64,000 nucleotides of DNA from Trichosphaerium sp. ATCC 40318. Taxonomy: Eukaryota; Protista; Tubulinea. Position numbers and translations under genes: made by a program. The notes under the pieces were generated by a model that saw only the letters and a list, made by a program, of their open reading frames with translations, made no database searches and was not told the DNA's origin. Position 1 is the first letter of the stretch, and every line of letters starts with the position of its first letter. This document shows positions 48,303 to 62,900 of this stretch, piece after piece. Location: the NCBI GenBank assembly GCA_038496445.1, contig JALMLS010000370.1, forward strand, positions 186,001 through 250,000. Direction: 5' to 3'.

Positions 48303-51300
48303 ATGAGCACTAAACTGACGCGTACGCTTTTTCTTTTGTAGTAAAAATACATAATTGTGTATTTACGGCACCCATAGGAGCGCAATTGGACTTCTCTCAT
48401 TATGGATACGAAAAAGAGGGTTCGTTGAGTTATTTTACGATAAGGTTTGAGCTAACGTTGCATAAACAGACTTACATTTGAACGCTGCAGTTATACAAGC
48501 AACATGGAGGTATTCGATGAGATTAATGGATAATGCTTACTTATTTTCGTAGAGGGTATACACAAAGGAGAAGATACCGCGCTATGCTTGCGGGACACTA
48601 TTGTACAGCTAATTTTAAACAAACATTCTCTAAAAGAGCCCCTAGCGATAAAACCTGGATTACCAGCGCCACCTCTATTTGTACAGCAAGCTAATGCCAA
48701 CGCTAAAGCAAAAACAGCAGAACCAAAACAGGAAAAAAAAAGTACGTTTAAACTCCTAAAAAGAACTGTAAATCTAAGCCGTTACGTCTAGAAAAGCGCT
48801 CTAAAGAGTCACTACCTGGTACAGCAATGTCTCCGCGAGCAGGACTAGCAATGTCCATGAGGCCTCCTAAAAAGCTTAAAGCGCCCAAGAAAACCAAGGC
48901 AACAGAGTCTCGAACCGTTAGGGTACATTTAAGTCTTTTTACCCCAAAACGCAAGAAACATTGTAAAAACGATTCTACTCGTGCTACAGCGCTCAAAACA
49001 TAGTTATCCTATATCCGTTTTAAACGTTTTTAAATCCAGAAAACCTAACTTTCTTTTTCCCACTTAGCTTCGCGCCAAGAGCTCCCTTACGGACGAAGAT
49101 AGCTCAAGAAGTTCTAGAGACAGTATGAGCTCGAAAAAAAGAACAAAGAGTAAAAGACACAAAGCCAGGCGTACTCAGAGTAGACGTTCTACTCTTACAA
49201 TTGAGGATCATCCTAAAGGTATAATGCCGGCTGCAGGAGAAGATGAGTCATTCGATAGTACAAAAAAAAAAGGACGAAAAAAGGCGCGCAGAGAAATGTC
49301 TAAAAGTACACGTGCTGGAAGTTTTAAGAAGTCTGCTTCTATGCCTAGTGTAGCCAATAAGACTGTTAAGCCAATGAGGAAGGCAAGAGCATCTATTGCA
49401 AATGACAATTTATTTGAAGAAGGTACCTTTAGTTTGTAAACAACCTTCTTTGATTTTGTTTATTTTTTATGTCAGTGGTACTGACAGCTCTTTTGTAGCG
49501 ATGGCAAGCCCGAAGCGTCCTCGTAGAGAACGTGCCAAGCAACGTAAACGTCGTGGTAATCGTACTAGCTCTTTAGCAGACCCACGTATATCTCCTCAAT
49601 TGAGAGCAGAACCTGTACCTAGCTCGTTACGTGTTGCAAAAGGGAAAAAAACCAAACTCAATTTTGAACCTCTTACTATGGAGGACCTTGAAGATTTTGG
49701 TGTATCAAAGTCTATGAGTATTGGAAGTAGTACAGATATAACCGGTTCTAAAAGCGCTAGAAGACCACAAACAATGGAGATTACAACAAATACAGCAGCT
49801 AGTGCTGGCTTAATGTCAGCAAGAGTAGGTTCGTCAGGAAAAATTGAAGGTGGTTCAAAGTCAAAGAAGAACAAGAAGCACAAAAAGAAGAAAGGCAGTA
49901 ATGATGTTAATACTGGCTTTGACGCATCAATAAGTGAGACTGAGAGTCTAAAAAAGGTGAAAGGAAAGAAGGAAAAGAAGAATAAGAAGGGAGATAAAGC
50001 AGCAAAGCATTCTATGAATGCTGAAATGAAACGTGATTTTAAACTCAAAGCGGAGAGTAAAGAAAAAATAAAGTCTAAAGACAAGAACGAGAAGTCAAAA
50101 CAAGAAAAGAAGGATAAGAAAGAAAAGCAGAAATCAATAAGACTCAAAAAAGTGAGCATACAAACTGAAGAGCACGATAAAGAAAAAGCAGAGGTACGGG
50201 AAAAATGTCTTTTCTAAACCAGAAAATATCAAATCTAGCTCGCTTAAACTCACTTGACTTAGGCGCAAGCTGCAGTGCTTAAAGGGTTTCATATTGACCC
50301 GAAGGAGCTAGAGGAAGCTCAACGCATTATAAGCCCTCCTATATCGCCTCGTCTTCCTCCACCTATGGCTGCAACACCAGAAGGTTCTGTTAAGTCAGTA
50401 CACTCAAATGTTTCAGCAGCACTACCAATGCCTGCACTAGAGGTCTTACCTCATCCTTTACCTGCTGGATCTACGCCTGTAAAGACAGCACCTCCTCCTA
50501 TACATTTGGGTGTATCCAAATCGACAAGCTCAACTATTATAAGCCCACGTGCTCAAGTACCTAAGCCTCTACCAACAGTACGTTGTGTACACTTATGTTT
50601 TTTTTTTCCGTGTCATCAACTAAATTTTGACAGGCTGTGGCTCATGTGCCTACGAAGGTCATCCAAGCGCCTTCTGTTATAAAAAAGCCACCTGTTATCC
50701 AACCAGTAGCCACTTTCAAACCACCTGTTGTCCAGCCGGTATCTGCAATCCAAAAAGCACCGCCTGTTGTAAATACCACTCAGCAAGGAAAACTTAACAC
50801 AGAGATTTCTCGGTTGTTAACAGAACTTAATATGGCTGTCTATATTGATAGTTTTTATGACCTTGGTGTTGAGGAGCTAGAAGATATAGAGTTGGTTGAG
50901 GACGATCATTGGGAAGATATAAAGATAAAGCCAATCCACAAGAAAAAGCTACTCATGAAGATTAGTCAGCGAACACAAAGTGAGTTCTTTCTTTCTTTTT
51001 TCTAATTTTATTAACCACCCTTGTAGGTGGCCAACCGCCTTCCTTTCATCTACCACCTACAAAGGCTGATATGGCTAATTTTATGCCACCACCATCTCCT
51101 TTACACCTAGCTAAAAAGAGACAAATGGATTCATTCATAGATGATTCACCTTCTCACCCATTACCTTCAGAAATTGCAAAGAAAGAACGTATGGCATCAA
51201 AAAGTGCACCTCCAAAGATGTATAAGCCATTCACTTCTGCTTCAAAGGCTGGTTTGAAAAAACGAGGTCCTTTAAAGATGGGTAAACGTGGCAAATATGC

Positions 51301-51406
51301 AAAACGTGGTGGAAAAAAATGGGGTGCTAATCTTAAAGGTGGACAGAGGAGAATGCTAGGTGGCAAAAACTTAAAGTTTCCTTTGCCAAAAGTGAACAAA
51401 TCATGA
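48303..51406 (+). CDS. IQ-motif + Lys-rich/Pro-rich disordered + SAM domain protein
   Basis: Spliced IQATWRGYTQRRRY (IQ motif); ISRLLTELNMAVYIDSFYDLGVEELEDIELVEDDHWEDIKIKPIHKKKLL (SAM). Confidence 0.75.
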
Positions 51407-51702
51407 TGCAAAAAAATTCAATGTCAAAATTTTCTAACCAGCGAACCGAAAAAAAAACCAAAATAATCAAACAAAAAATGTACATATATATGGTCTCCCA
51501 TTGTAGAGCTGTACAATAGCAAAATAACAACGTTCTTGGGTGCTTCATAAGTCTGTTTTTTCAATTTTTTTAACTTTTTGAGAAATCGGTTATTTAGCCA
51601 CAGAACTATGCCATCGGTTTGTTTCAGGACAATTCAAGTGATGATAGTGACTTAATGTTGTACGTAGTTCAGTTGACGCAAAATATTTCAAAAAAAATTA
51701 AA

Positions 51703-53704
51703 ATGAAGAGAAAGGCGTCACAACCGAGTTCTACGAAACGTGGAACTTCTGCGAAGCGTCTTAAAAAGTCTGACAAGCCCTCAAAGTCTAAACAAAGTAA
51801 AAGGTTCGTTAAATCGTTATAAATACGCGTAAACGACATAAAAATGGCCCAGATTTTGCAACGGCTAGTTAATTTGCTTAATATCGCCTAAAGTTCCGTA
51901 GCGAGCCGGAAGACGCCACACCAGACTTATTTAGCTTATATGAGCGCTATTTAATAGCCAGTGAAGAATTTGACGTGCCACAGTTAGTAACACATTACCC
52001 GCACCGTATTCGTTGTAAAAATAAGAAGGTACGTGGCCTTAGTATTGCTCTCACAGCGCCAACACCGTTTATGATAAAAATAAAAAACTTGTGATTGTTT
52101 AATACTTCCGCACGTTCTGACGTCTTTAGGTTATTTACGATCTAGCTTGTGGAGGTGGTGATCTAGAAGGAAAGTTAAATTTCACGCGGTGGTACGAGCA
52201 AAGTTAACAACAAGTTTTTTCAACTTAACTTAACTTTTCTTGGAACTTGCTGTGTCTTTACTGTTTACTAACTTTTATGAAAAAAGGAAAATATTCCCTA
52301 GTGAAGAGCTGAACTTCCCTCCATCATGGGATTGTCCAACTTACAAACAACAAGCTGGTATTTACAAGTATGTTATTATAAATTGAAACTTCTCGTCTTG
52401 CTTTTTTTTTATGTTCAAGTACTTTTGTACTTACTCTCGTTCACTAGGTATGCTAAAGGCACTGCAAAACAAGTAAGCTCATTGCCAAGGGTTTAAAAAC
52501 GCGGTTTCATTTCTAATGCTTCTGACAAGGTACACTGGCACGTGAATTTTGCAGATGAGGATTTATTTTATGGTACTGAAATTTTAAGTTCTTTAGCAAA
52601 AAATGTTAACAACCCTAGCGTATGGGAGTCCTTTGTTTGCTCAAGATGAAATTCAAAGCGCAGAGCATCCAGTTTTGGGTCATCTACGCGAAGCATTAGG
52701 CAACCGTATGTCACATTAGCTCAGATGAGGTGGTTAACCAAATGCTAGTTTGTAAGAGAAACAAAGGCCTCAGCCCACTGGCACGACACAAAGGAGAACC
52801 AACACCTATACTCGTTAGAGGGGTAGAGCGAAGATGCGCTATCAACGCAGGTACTTACTTTACACGAAAGAAGCCACTATTTGCTAACTTTAACCAAAAG
52901 GGAAACGTATTTATGGAAGTGCTTTTCAATTTGCTTCGAAGAAAGTATGCATCGACTTTTTTTCACACGTGACGTGCCTTTCTTTCATTAAATTTATGTT
53001 TAGCTGATAGTAAAAAGTGTTAAAGTACTTGACACTCCTGTTGTGAGCAACTTGATTGCAATTGCAGCAATTGGTTATCGTGCAGGAAAATACACAAGGT
53101 TACAACTCAGAGATCACTTCACGAATGCCTATTCTGGTATGTGAACAAACACTTTTACTATACGGTTAATATTAATGCATTATATAGGGTTTTATGCTGC
53201 TCGTCTTGAATCAATGAGACAGTTCAAAGAAGAAGGACGTGATACACAACCTGAAGTAATTGTTCATACTGTACGCATGTTTTTCTTGTTATTTTCCGGT
53301 TTTGTTCATTGGTCAATTAGGGTAATTGGGGATCTGGAGCGTTTGGTAATAATAGGACAGTAATGGCACTTGTGCAAATCGGTGCAGCATGGTACAGTCT
53401 ACGACAAATTTTAAACGTTCGGATTTCAAGTTTGAAATATTTATGTTTTTATTTCAAAGGTTGGCCGGTATTGATGTACTGTTTTATCATACATTTGACA
53501 AAGCTGGCACACAAGATTATCAAGAAGCTAAAGAGACTTTTGATGAAGTCATTTTACCTCAACTGATGGAGGGTATGCTATCATGTTAACACTTATTATT
53601 GAAAATATCTGATTTTATTAAATACAGGTGTGTCAACTGTATCTGATTTCTTAGATATGGTAAAAGACCTCAAATATAGATGGGGTCTCAGTGATGGAAA
53701 CTAA
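51703..53704 (+). CDS. Poly(ADP-ribose) glycohydrolase (PARG)-like macrodomain enzyme
   Basis: WHVNFAD..FAQDEIQ..EHP, PTPILVRGVER, HTGNWGSGAFGNN..VQ, C-terminal WGLSDGN*. Confidence 0.8.
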
Positions 53705-53782
53705 ACTGTTGCATTACACGGTGTTTGTACAAAACTTAGTGTCAAAAAAATAAATAATTTATGTGCACTAGTCACTACGCTT

Positions 53783-53895
53783 GTGGGAAGTTCAACACTA
53801 GCTAATGGCTATGAAGGTCTTACTTGCCCACTAACAATACTATTGTCCTCTCAGAACTAGCACAGCCACTTGGTAGTCAATGTTTAATAACAACT
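53783..53895 (+). ncRNA. Candidate two-hairpin H/ACA-like RNA
   Basis: GTGGGAAGT..ACTTGCCCAC hairpin, ANANNA box (ACAATA, 53834-53839), second hairpin, ACA at 53890. No target identified. Confidence 0.25.
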
Positions 53896-53981
53896 TGACT
53901 GCTTTTTTTTTACAAGAATAGTTTATTACAGTTTTTATATTTTGTACACTTCTTTGTTGTGTTTGAAAGAAGGTTTTTTTT

Positions 53982-56900
53982 TTACACAAAGGCATTCCAT
54001 GTTGGATCCATAGATGCTAAATTATCAGGACTTGTTGCAGCTTCGATTAGGTCTGATATCTTTTGATTTATAGGACGTTCAGAAGCCAAGGTATCACGCT
54101 TAATTGTGATGATTTGGTGTGGAACCATGTTCTCAATGCCATCAACAATTGTTCGCATATTTTTCTCAACAAGGTTGTCCAAGTTAGCTTCAATATCAGT
54201 TCTATCAGATACACGTGACCATTGGATCAAGTCATCTCTGAAATGGAGACGAAGCAAGTCTCTGAGTAGGTGCTAGAGTGAAAATGTGAGTACGACGAGT
54301 TTTTTTGGTAGAAATTTGAATGAGTGTGATTACGTACCTTTATTTTAGGCTCGACGAGAGTACGCGCCATAGTTGTCATAACAGCGTTAAAGCGCCCTTT
54401 CATGCATATTGGGTTAATGAATCGTGTTAAACTCTGAGACAAGCGGAATGGTACAGCTTCCTTGTTGCTTAAGAGACCCTCGTCATTATAATCTAAACGT
54501 GTAGAGTTAGCAACGTAAGATACACTCTAACTGCAGCGTACTTGAACGGAAGAGGTTGTAGAATACTTGACCAGATGTGCAAGAGAAGAACAACTTATGT
54601 GCTGAGATATCAGGAACGCTCAGAAGGTGAGTCTAGAAAGAAACAGACATTAGTGAAAAAGACAATTATTTTTGTTGTAATAGAAAAACGTACCATGAGA
54701 GAACCAATACCTATCTGATTGACAAAGTGCTGCTTAAAGATCCAGCGGGACTCATAGTTCTTATTCAACTTATTAGAGATGTATTGCTCCAATATCTTGC
54801 TGTCAAGGTGGTTTTCAGAGATATCCTTGTACAAAGACAAACGTGTTTCAGGTGTAAGTGCTGCAACAAAAAAAACATTAGTAAAGGTTGTAGTGTCAAA
54901 AAAAATTAACCAAACGTACGTTTACTACCAGTGTTATCCATGTAATGTTGTAATAAGAAGTCAAAGTCTTTGCCGTTACGATTACAATGCTTACGGAAGA
55001 CATCATCCAAAGAGAGGAAGTCTCGTTGTGTCTACAAAGGACGAGGTGTTAATGAGTGACCAAAGCGCAGAGATTGTGTTTGAACAACGTACGGATATAA
55101 GGCGAACATGATCATTGAGCATAACAAACCTTGGAACACGAATATACATAGCACGACGTCGTGCATGGACGCCCTTTTTAAGAATACGATTTACAACAGA
55201 AGATAACTGAGCAACACGACCTTCAGCGCCCCAATCTGCATTTATACCATAAAGTGAATCAGGGTCAACATGTTCTTTTGTTCGTCTTGTTTTTGCACCA
55301 ACTATTCATTTAAATATTAGTTAACTGGAAGGTCCTTCAGGTGAAACACAAAGAGTTTTATCGTACCACCTTGACCTGGCTTGAACATCTTTGCAGTAGG
55401 GAAACGACGAGAGTTGTGTACCAAGAACCAGTACATACGAGCATCAGAACCCCTGTAAGAGTGGTATAAGAATATAGAATAGTTGAGATCCTTTGGAGGG
55501 TCAGGAAGGCTTAGAATACGTACCTGATCTTTATCATGCGTTGTGGTAACGTTTGAGATCGTCTGACCTTCATAGGTGACTCGAATTTCTCAATTCTAAC
55601 GCGTCTATCTGGGTTTGGCATGTGATCATTGCCCTCAAAATACTGACCAAAGATATCAACACCATTATGGTTCTGGAACTGTGCCAGAGGATCAGAATGC
55701 TTCTCAAGAGTTAGGTAAGGACCAATGTCATCAACACGCTTCTAAAAAGGAGAGGTGAGTCACCGCAGAGCAAACTTGTGATTAGGTTTAAAGAGGACAT
55801 ACAGTAAGACGTTCAATCCAGACTTTAATTGTATCTATGCAAGTGCGAAGATCAAGGTCATCTCTTTGAAAATCACGCTCAAAGTCGTCCTTGTAGGTTT
55901 GTATAAAGGTATCATTCTTATCAACATTATGAGCAAAATTGAGATCAAATACTTGTTGTAAGCAAGCAGTGAGGTCAACTTGCTTAACATTTGGAAGCTG
56001 TGCAAGATTCAAAGACTACAAAACAAATGTTAAAGGATGACTGACTATAAAGAGCAAATGTACCTTGTGACAGTCAAGGAGTAAGTTCTGAAGGATGACA
56101 GACAGATCCTCCTCAGGAGTTGCAATGATTCCGTTCGCTAGTTCTCTAGCAATGAGTTCCATATCTCTTATCAAGCAAACATGTTGTTTTGTATTGTTCA
56201 TTTCGTTCTGGATCTCATGTGCTGCATCAAGAGCTGCAATTGGGTCACAACGAAGAGGTGAGTCTGGGCTGTGTGGAGATTGGGATAAACGCTTATGAAG
56301 CTTTTGTCTCTCACAAATAAAAGTCTTCAATGGGTAAAACAAGGACTACAAATAGTTTGTTAGGGAAATCAGCAAAAAATACTTTTTTTGTTAAGTCATT
56401 TACCTGAGGCGCATATTTCGCGACCGAACAGAGGATAGATTGGATCTGTTTTGCTTCGGATCTCTCCAAGCTTGATAACAAGTTAGGAATCCATGGGAAC
56501 CACACATAAGCTGGGAAATGAGCTGTTTGTTGTTCCATAAAATGAGCAAGTTTGTGTGTTTCAGGAGAATCAATATCCATATCATCATTGTTGTTGTTTT
56601 CAGCCTCATCCTTACCCTTTGCTTTGGCGCCTTGTAATAATGTTAGCTTTGTTATGGACTACTATATATTATACTCACCACGTGCTGTACGTTGGCGTTT
56701 GGCAGGAGGTTTCTTGGGTGCAGAGCCAGCCTAGAAAAAGCAAGGTTAGGAAATCTTCTAAGAAACAAAGCAAGCTGCGTACTCTCTTTTTCTCTCCTTT
56801 GATTGGAGAGTTTGATCGTTTATCAAGAGGCAACGCATCATAGTGATCATCGTATCCAACAAGCCAAAGCACACGTGGAATTAACGACGTAGAGCTCAGT

Positions 56901-59900
56901 TTTGAAGGAGCACATTTGATGCCTTGCAAGTAGCAGTTCAATGCAAACTGTGCCCATGTCATCTTTACTGAAGGATCAGTCTGATTAGTAAACTGCCTAT
57001 CACAGTATCGGCCCCATGACGTCCATCCCTTAGCGTTGGTCTGCTGCAAGGATATAGCAGTGGCGTATGAGGTGTTAGCCTCTTCATAGTAACCCATATG
57101 TTCAAGGACTTGACCACGTAAATGAAAGAAATTGGACTGGCTCTTCTTATCAAACGGCTTGATGTTTGTCGAGTTGATGATGTCAAGACCTGTGCGGTAA
57201 TGCATAGGCATACGCAAGTAGCACTTGATTTGCTGCTTTTGTTTACCATAGGCATCAGATACATGGATAGCAGGCAGTTTGAAGCTATGAGGTAGGGAGT
57301 TAAGACAGACCTCTATTAGACCTTGACGTCTGGCAACTTGAGCGAACTTGTTATTCGCCCAAGCAGATTCGTGGTATCCAATAGCAGGGTTTATAGCAGC
57401 ACTTGCAGACGTTGGTTGATGTGCTGGCTTGTTTTTATAGGCTCTGTTGATGAGTTTAAAAACATGTTGTCTCCAATAAACTAAACGAAAAAGAGGCTGG
57501 TAAGCAAGACATAAAAATGAATTAATACAAAAAAAAGACGCACTCAAATCAGTCCAAACGTTGATGTCATCCCAAGGATTAGGAAGACGTTCTCTCCACG
57601 TACTAAAAGAAAAGAAATAATCAGGTAAAGTTAGGTGAAAGAAAATACAAGAAAAAAGGAAGAAACAGTAGGAAGGAAAACTCAAAAGCCGAATGAAGGT
57701 CCTAAGTACTTACGCAATTATTGTTGTTACGTCAGGAACCTTAGCCATTGTCTGACCAGTTGTGATTTCTTTTACAATCTTTGCAGATTCGTACAACTCA
57801 ATGATTTGTTGGTAAGCCTAAGTATTAAAGTAAGGGTCTAAGTTCAATTCCAATATCTTTTTTTCCTCCGCTCAAAAATAGGTTTTAAAAAGAACTAACC
57901 TGCAAGAGTGGGCCATGCGCTACAGAAGGAATCCTTGGTTTGATGTTCCAATTTGCAACCAGAATATTCATAGCTTGTTTACAGTACGAATCGACTTCAC
58001 TAATCTTCATGTTTTGAAGTGCAAGGAACGATTGGTAGATCTTAATCTTAGGCACGTCCATAGGCATAGCGTAATTAGCAAATGTATCTTGTAAGCCCTC
58101 CTAAAACAACATTCGTTAGAAAGAGTACATTACTCTCAAATCATTGCATATGGCACGTACCCAATCGCCTAGTTTCCAAGCACATTCAGCGTAGAGTTGT
58201 GGAAGTTTGTTTACTTTGGAGTAATCAGCAAGAAGCTCCCACTGGTTCAACCTCTTGGCAGCTTCTACCCAGTGTACCTCCCACATTTCTTTTTCTCTTG
58301 CAGGGACATTAGGCAAAGCACCTAAAAAGAACATATCAGTAAATGAACTACGTATTCTTCCAAAAAATATTACCTTCTTCCTCGTTTGTAATAGCTTCGC
58401 TGAAGACCTCTTGAGCGCGCTGCCAAAGACCTTGTTGTTCAAGAACTAAGCCGCACTGGGACTCTTTGATCCTACAACGTTCGAGAAGAACACCGTAATA
58501 CAAATCTGAGGCACACAAAGTCTTGTAAAGGTGTAGTAACGCTTGAGAAATCATGATATTCTCTGGTTCCTTAACAAACCTGTCTTCAAGTGCTTTAATG
58601 CATACATGCCAACAATTGTAATGATGAGCAATGTAACGCAATACAGGAGGATCAATAGAAGGCACAGGATCTTTACATTGCATAAATCCACCGACAAGAG
58701 CCTTTTGGAGAAGGTATTAGAGCAATCAAAGGGAACAAGGTGAAACGACAAAAAAAAGTTGTTTCGAATTGACGTCCAAGCGATGCTCGGTTACGTCCGT
58801 GTCAACAGCGTTCAAAAAGTTAGGGAAAGTAAAAACGTACTTGTATGACGTTAGGGTAGAGTCTACTTTGTTTTTTGTGATATTGCTTAGATAACAATGC
58901 AACAGCACTTTTGTTAATGCTCTCTTTTGTTTCAGCATCAAATAAACGCCAAGATCTTGCAAATATTTTACCCCATAGATCAGTAGCCAACATAGGGACA
59001 TAGGTAAGAAGCTCACAAAGCGGTTTGAGAAGGTCATTCGCTGTTGTGTTCGCAACCATGTCCAAGAAGTACTTATGTTCGTCCATCAGCTTCTTTGCTT
59101 CGGCAGGCAACTTTGAATTCTTTCCAGTGCCTTGACCCTCACTGAGAGCTACGACTTTGGAAGAAACCTAGTAAAAAAGTGTGAGCTCAAGCCTAGAACA
59201 AAGTGATTGTACAGAAGACATCTTCAAAGGTTGCTTTGAGTCAACAAGGCCCAAAACAAGCTCAATTGCTTGTTGTATCCAGAATATATGAGACAGTGGC
59301 TCCCAAGTGTTAGGGTTAATAATTTTATGCATCCTAGCAGTTAAGGTTCGAGGTATCCTAAAAAGGTAACCAATAAGTAAACATTGTTTACACTCTTTTA
59401 AAAGGCGCGTGCGTACATTTCATTTAGAATACCAAAGAACCTCTTACGCATAGCAGTATCCTTATTAGCACTACAGCAACCCATAAGGAATGCTGATTTA
59501 AGCTCTTTCATCACAGGTGCTTCCCAGTTTTTGTTTTTGCTCACAAAGTGATAAGCAAGCTCCAAGAATTGACTTTGAAGCGGTGCACTACGAACCTATA
59601 AAAAAAAAATTTGTTAACATGGTTGAAAATGTTATAAGTTCTTTAGCGTACTTGTTCGAAACGTCTCATCCTTGTTATGACAAGAAGTTTAAGTTTAGGT
59701 TCAACTACCTCATCACTGCTTGCTGTCACCCACTTCTTCAGTATAGCAGATAATTTGATTAACAACTGCTCGTCATTGGAGCTCTTGATGAGGTCCGTCA
59801 AGACAGTGAATAGAACAAGTTTATCTGGTATACTTATATCACTGAGCTGACCATTCAATAGTCTTACAGTAGCCATCAAGCAAGTTGTATCACGTTGAGG

Positions 59901-62900
59901 TTTAGCTGTTCCATTTCTCATTGAACGTAGAACCATTTCTTTCTCTTCAGGTTTAACAGGAGCCAAGTTGATAATAACCAATCGCTATAAGTATAAATAT
60001 CAAACAAACAATGTCAAATTATCCTTTGAGGTACGTACCTTTACAAGCTTGACAAGAGAAGGCAAGAATGATTTCAAGTAACCTGGAGAGTTATCTGACA
60101 TTGCCTTTAATGTATTTATCGTTGAGACAAGAACATTCCCATTGAGACCTTCATTCATCATTCTTGTGATCATATCATACAATGGTGTGCAAATACTTGG
60201 GCCCATAACAGGGTACACACTAATAATGCTCTTGAGCAATCCACACAACGCTTCATTATCCTAAAGAAAGACACTGATAAGCAAAAAAGAGAACAAGAAA
60301 ATCAAGTATTCCGTACAGCAGGCTTATCACTCTTAATAGTAGAAACAAGATCATTACACAACAACTTAATATTTGATTTAAGAAAATGTTGTTTTTGATG
60401 TTTAACAACAACAGACAGCATGTTCAGTGCAGTTGTGTTAGGTATAGCCGGATCACGAAGTATTTTTTCAAAATGCTTTGTATTGATGGTCACTTGATTC
60501 CATATTTGCAATGCATCCTCTGAAAGCTTCAAGGCGTATTGAGCTATTTTCTAAAAAAAAAAGGCAAAAGTCAGTAAAAACTGAAAAAGGGTAAGGAAGT
60601 GGTATTGTACAAAACGTCGTACGACAGCTGACGATTCTTTGGCGGGTTCAGCACTATTCAGTGCCATTCGCACAAGGAAATCGACCGCTAGAGTTGCTAC
60701 ATTGGGTGGCGTCTCATAGTCTTGTATTTGGCCGAGACCTGGTTGTGCAGGAACGTTATCCTTATTTAAAGCACGACGGCGTTTCTCCCAGCCAATTACT
60801 ACTTCTACGATAGTCACAGATAGCCTTCTATTCTCGGATGGAGATGTCGTAGGTAACAGACCGATACGTGGTAATGAATTGACTACAGAAAAAAAGTTAA
60901 CAAGTTGTGCTGCGCAACTGAAAAAAAAACCAAAAAAAACAAAGTCAAAAAACATCTCACCCATTTGATTTATGAACTGGCTTCGCCATGGAAAGAATAG
61001 ATTAGGATGGCGTGTAAGTAGCTGTAATATATGAATCAACTGAGGCATGGAATGACCTTCTTCAACCAACACTTTTCTGGTCCATTTAATCCAGTGAGGT
61101 TGTTGATTGATAGGTGTTTGTGGGGTAGGTGCAGTTCCAGGTTGTTGTTGAGGCTGTAACTAAAGAGAAAATATGAGATTGTAACAATTAACCTTTCAAA
61201 TACACGTACACGACGTTCAAGAGAGGGTGTAAGTATATCTAGAGCTTCTCTAACCAAAGCTGTTGCTTCTGGTTGGTAAGCACGAAGTAAAGCAACGTAT
61301 ACTTGTAAGATAATCTTTGGAGGCGTGTCATAAGCCTCAATGAATCGAGCAACGAGTACGTATGCACTAAAGAAAATGAAAGAGTTACAAAAAGAATACT
61401 ATAATTAGTTTGATGTTACCTATGCTTGGTTGTAATATCTTCATTCTTTAGATGATTCCAAGCGAATTTAATCAACTCCTTACGATGTTCTATCAAGTCT
61501 GTAGGTTTGTACAATACAAGCAGTGTTGCCAATTGAAGTAATTCAATATTAAGTGCAGCTTCGTCGTAAATTGGTATAAAAACGTCCTAAAGAAACGTTA
61601 GATTAGCCAACATACCCTCGTAATGCCACAACTTTCGAATAAAAAAACGAAATAATACTTACCCCTTCGGCTTGACGAGAAAGTATCGTAACAACAATTT
61701 GTCTGATCATCTAATCAAACAAAGTCAGCAAAAAAAAAACCCAAACACAAAAGAAAATTAAGTACATGAGGATCCACAACTTTAGTGTTCTTATTCTGAA
61801 AGGTTTTTCTCATCAGAGGAATTATCAACACCTTAAGAGCTTGAACACGATGCGAATCAGATGATGTCTCTCTGAAAAACTCCAAAAACTTTAAAATAAC
61901 ATGTCGTTTCTGTTCATCTGAGTATGTCTAAGATTCCAGTCGTATTAGTGGTTTGTAAGGCATTATACGTGATGCGTACCTCATATATCTCATTACGATA
62001 GAAATTACGGACGTTGGAGTAATCTGTTGTAGTACGCATAGTGAATACCATCAAGAGTTGGAACAGTACAAGAGTATCATCCTTGTGTTGACGGCAGTAC
62101 TTCAAGAAAATGTTTACCAAAAGCTTTGACTCTCGTAAATGATGTAAAGGAAGCTCTTCCTCTCTGTCCAAGCGCTTCTGGCGCTATAATACAAAGTTAG
62201 AAGAAAAACAGAGACCCAGTATTATTTTTAACATACAAATTCGCTCTTCCATGTTTCAAGCAGGCAATTACGGACAGCAATGCATCTCGACAAGAAAGTT
62301 GGGTCAAACTTGTATAAAACATCAACAATTACTATTCCTTGGAACTGAGCTTCAAGCTGGTACTACAATTAAAATAAGAATAACACGATGGATGTAAAAT
62401 GTTTTTGCCAAAAAAGTTCATGAACCGGTTTTTTACCTCTTTGACCTGCGATTTGAATGTACATTGAATGAACTGTTCTGCATTATCCATGAGCTCATTA
62501 CGTAGGTTATCTGCCATGTCAAGATTGAGTATAAACCAGAAAGACTTGCTGAGACGCTGTTCATGGATATGTTGAAAGAAATGTTGAATAGCTTGTTTTG
62601 GATAAGTATTCAGAAACTTTGCAAGAGGTTTTCGGTATGGACTGCTAATATTACGACAATTGATTTGCTCAAGTTGTGATGTGATCGTAATTAAAGGTTC
62701 CAAGAACTTTGAAGCTGCAGGAGGCAGCAAGTGAAAAGTTTCGATAATAGCAGCCGGAATATCAATAATTTCATCCGTCTCCTAAAAACGCAACTAAGTC
62801 AAAAAAAAAAAAAAGGATCACGTGATAAATTGTTTTCCCTTCTAAACACGTACAGTAACACGAATTGAAGACATCATATTCGGTGCTGTACGAACTTGAG

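Noticed and set aside
49596-50159. 187-aa Phe/Leu/Ser-rich minus-strand ORF resembling a membrane protein
   Set aside because: Antisense shadow of the Lys-rich exon of the IQ-SAM gene.
53805-53860. Possible SECIS element (ATGA..AA..GA) downstream of the PARG-like gene
   Set aside because: Helix II does not pair and no in-frame UGA is needed in the upstream gene.
53982-55500. PI3K-like domain lacking catalytic residues
   Set aside because: Expected for TRRAP/Tra1, a known pseudokinase.
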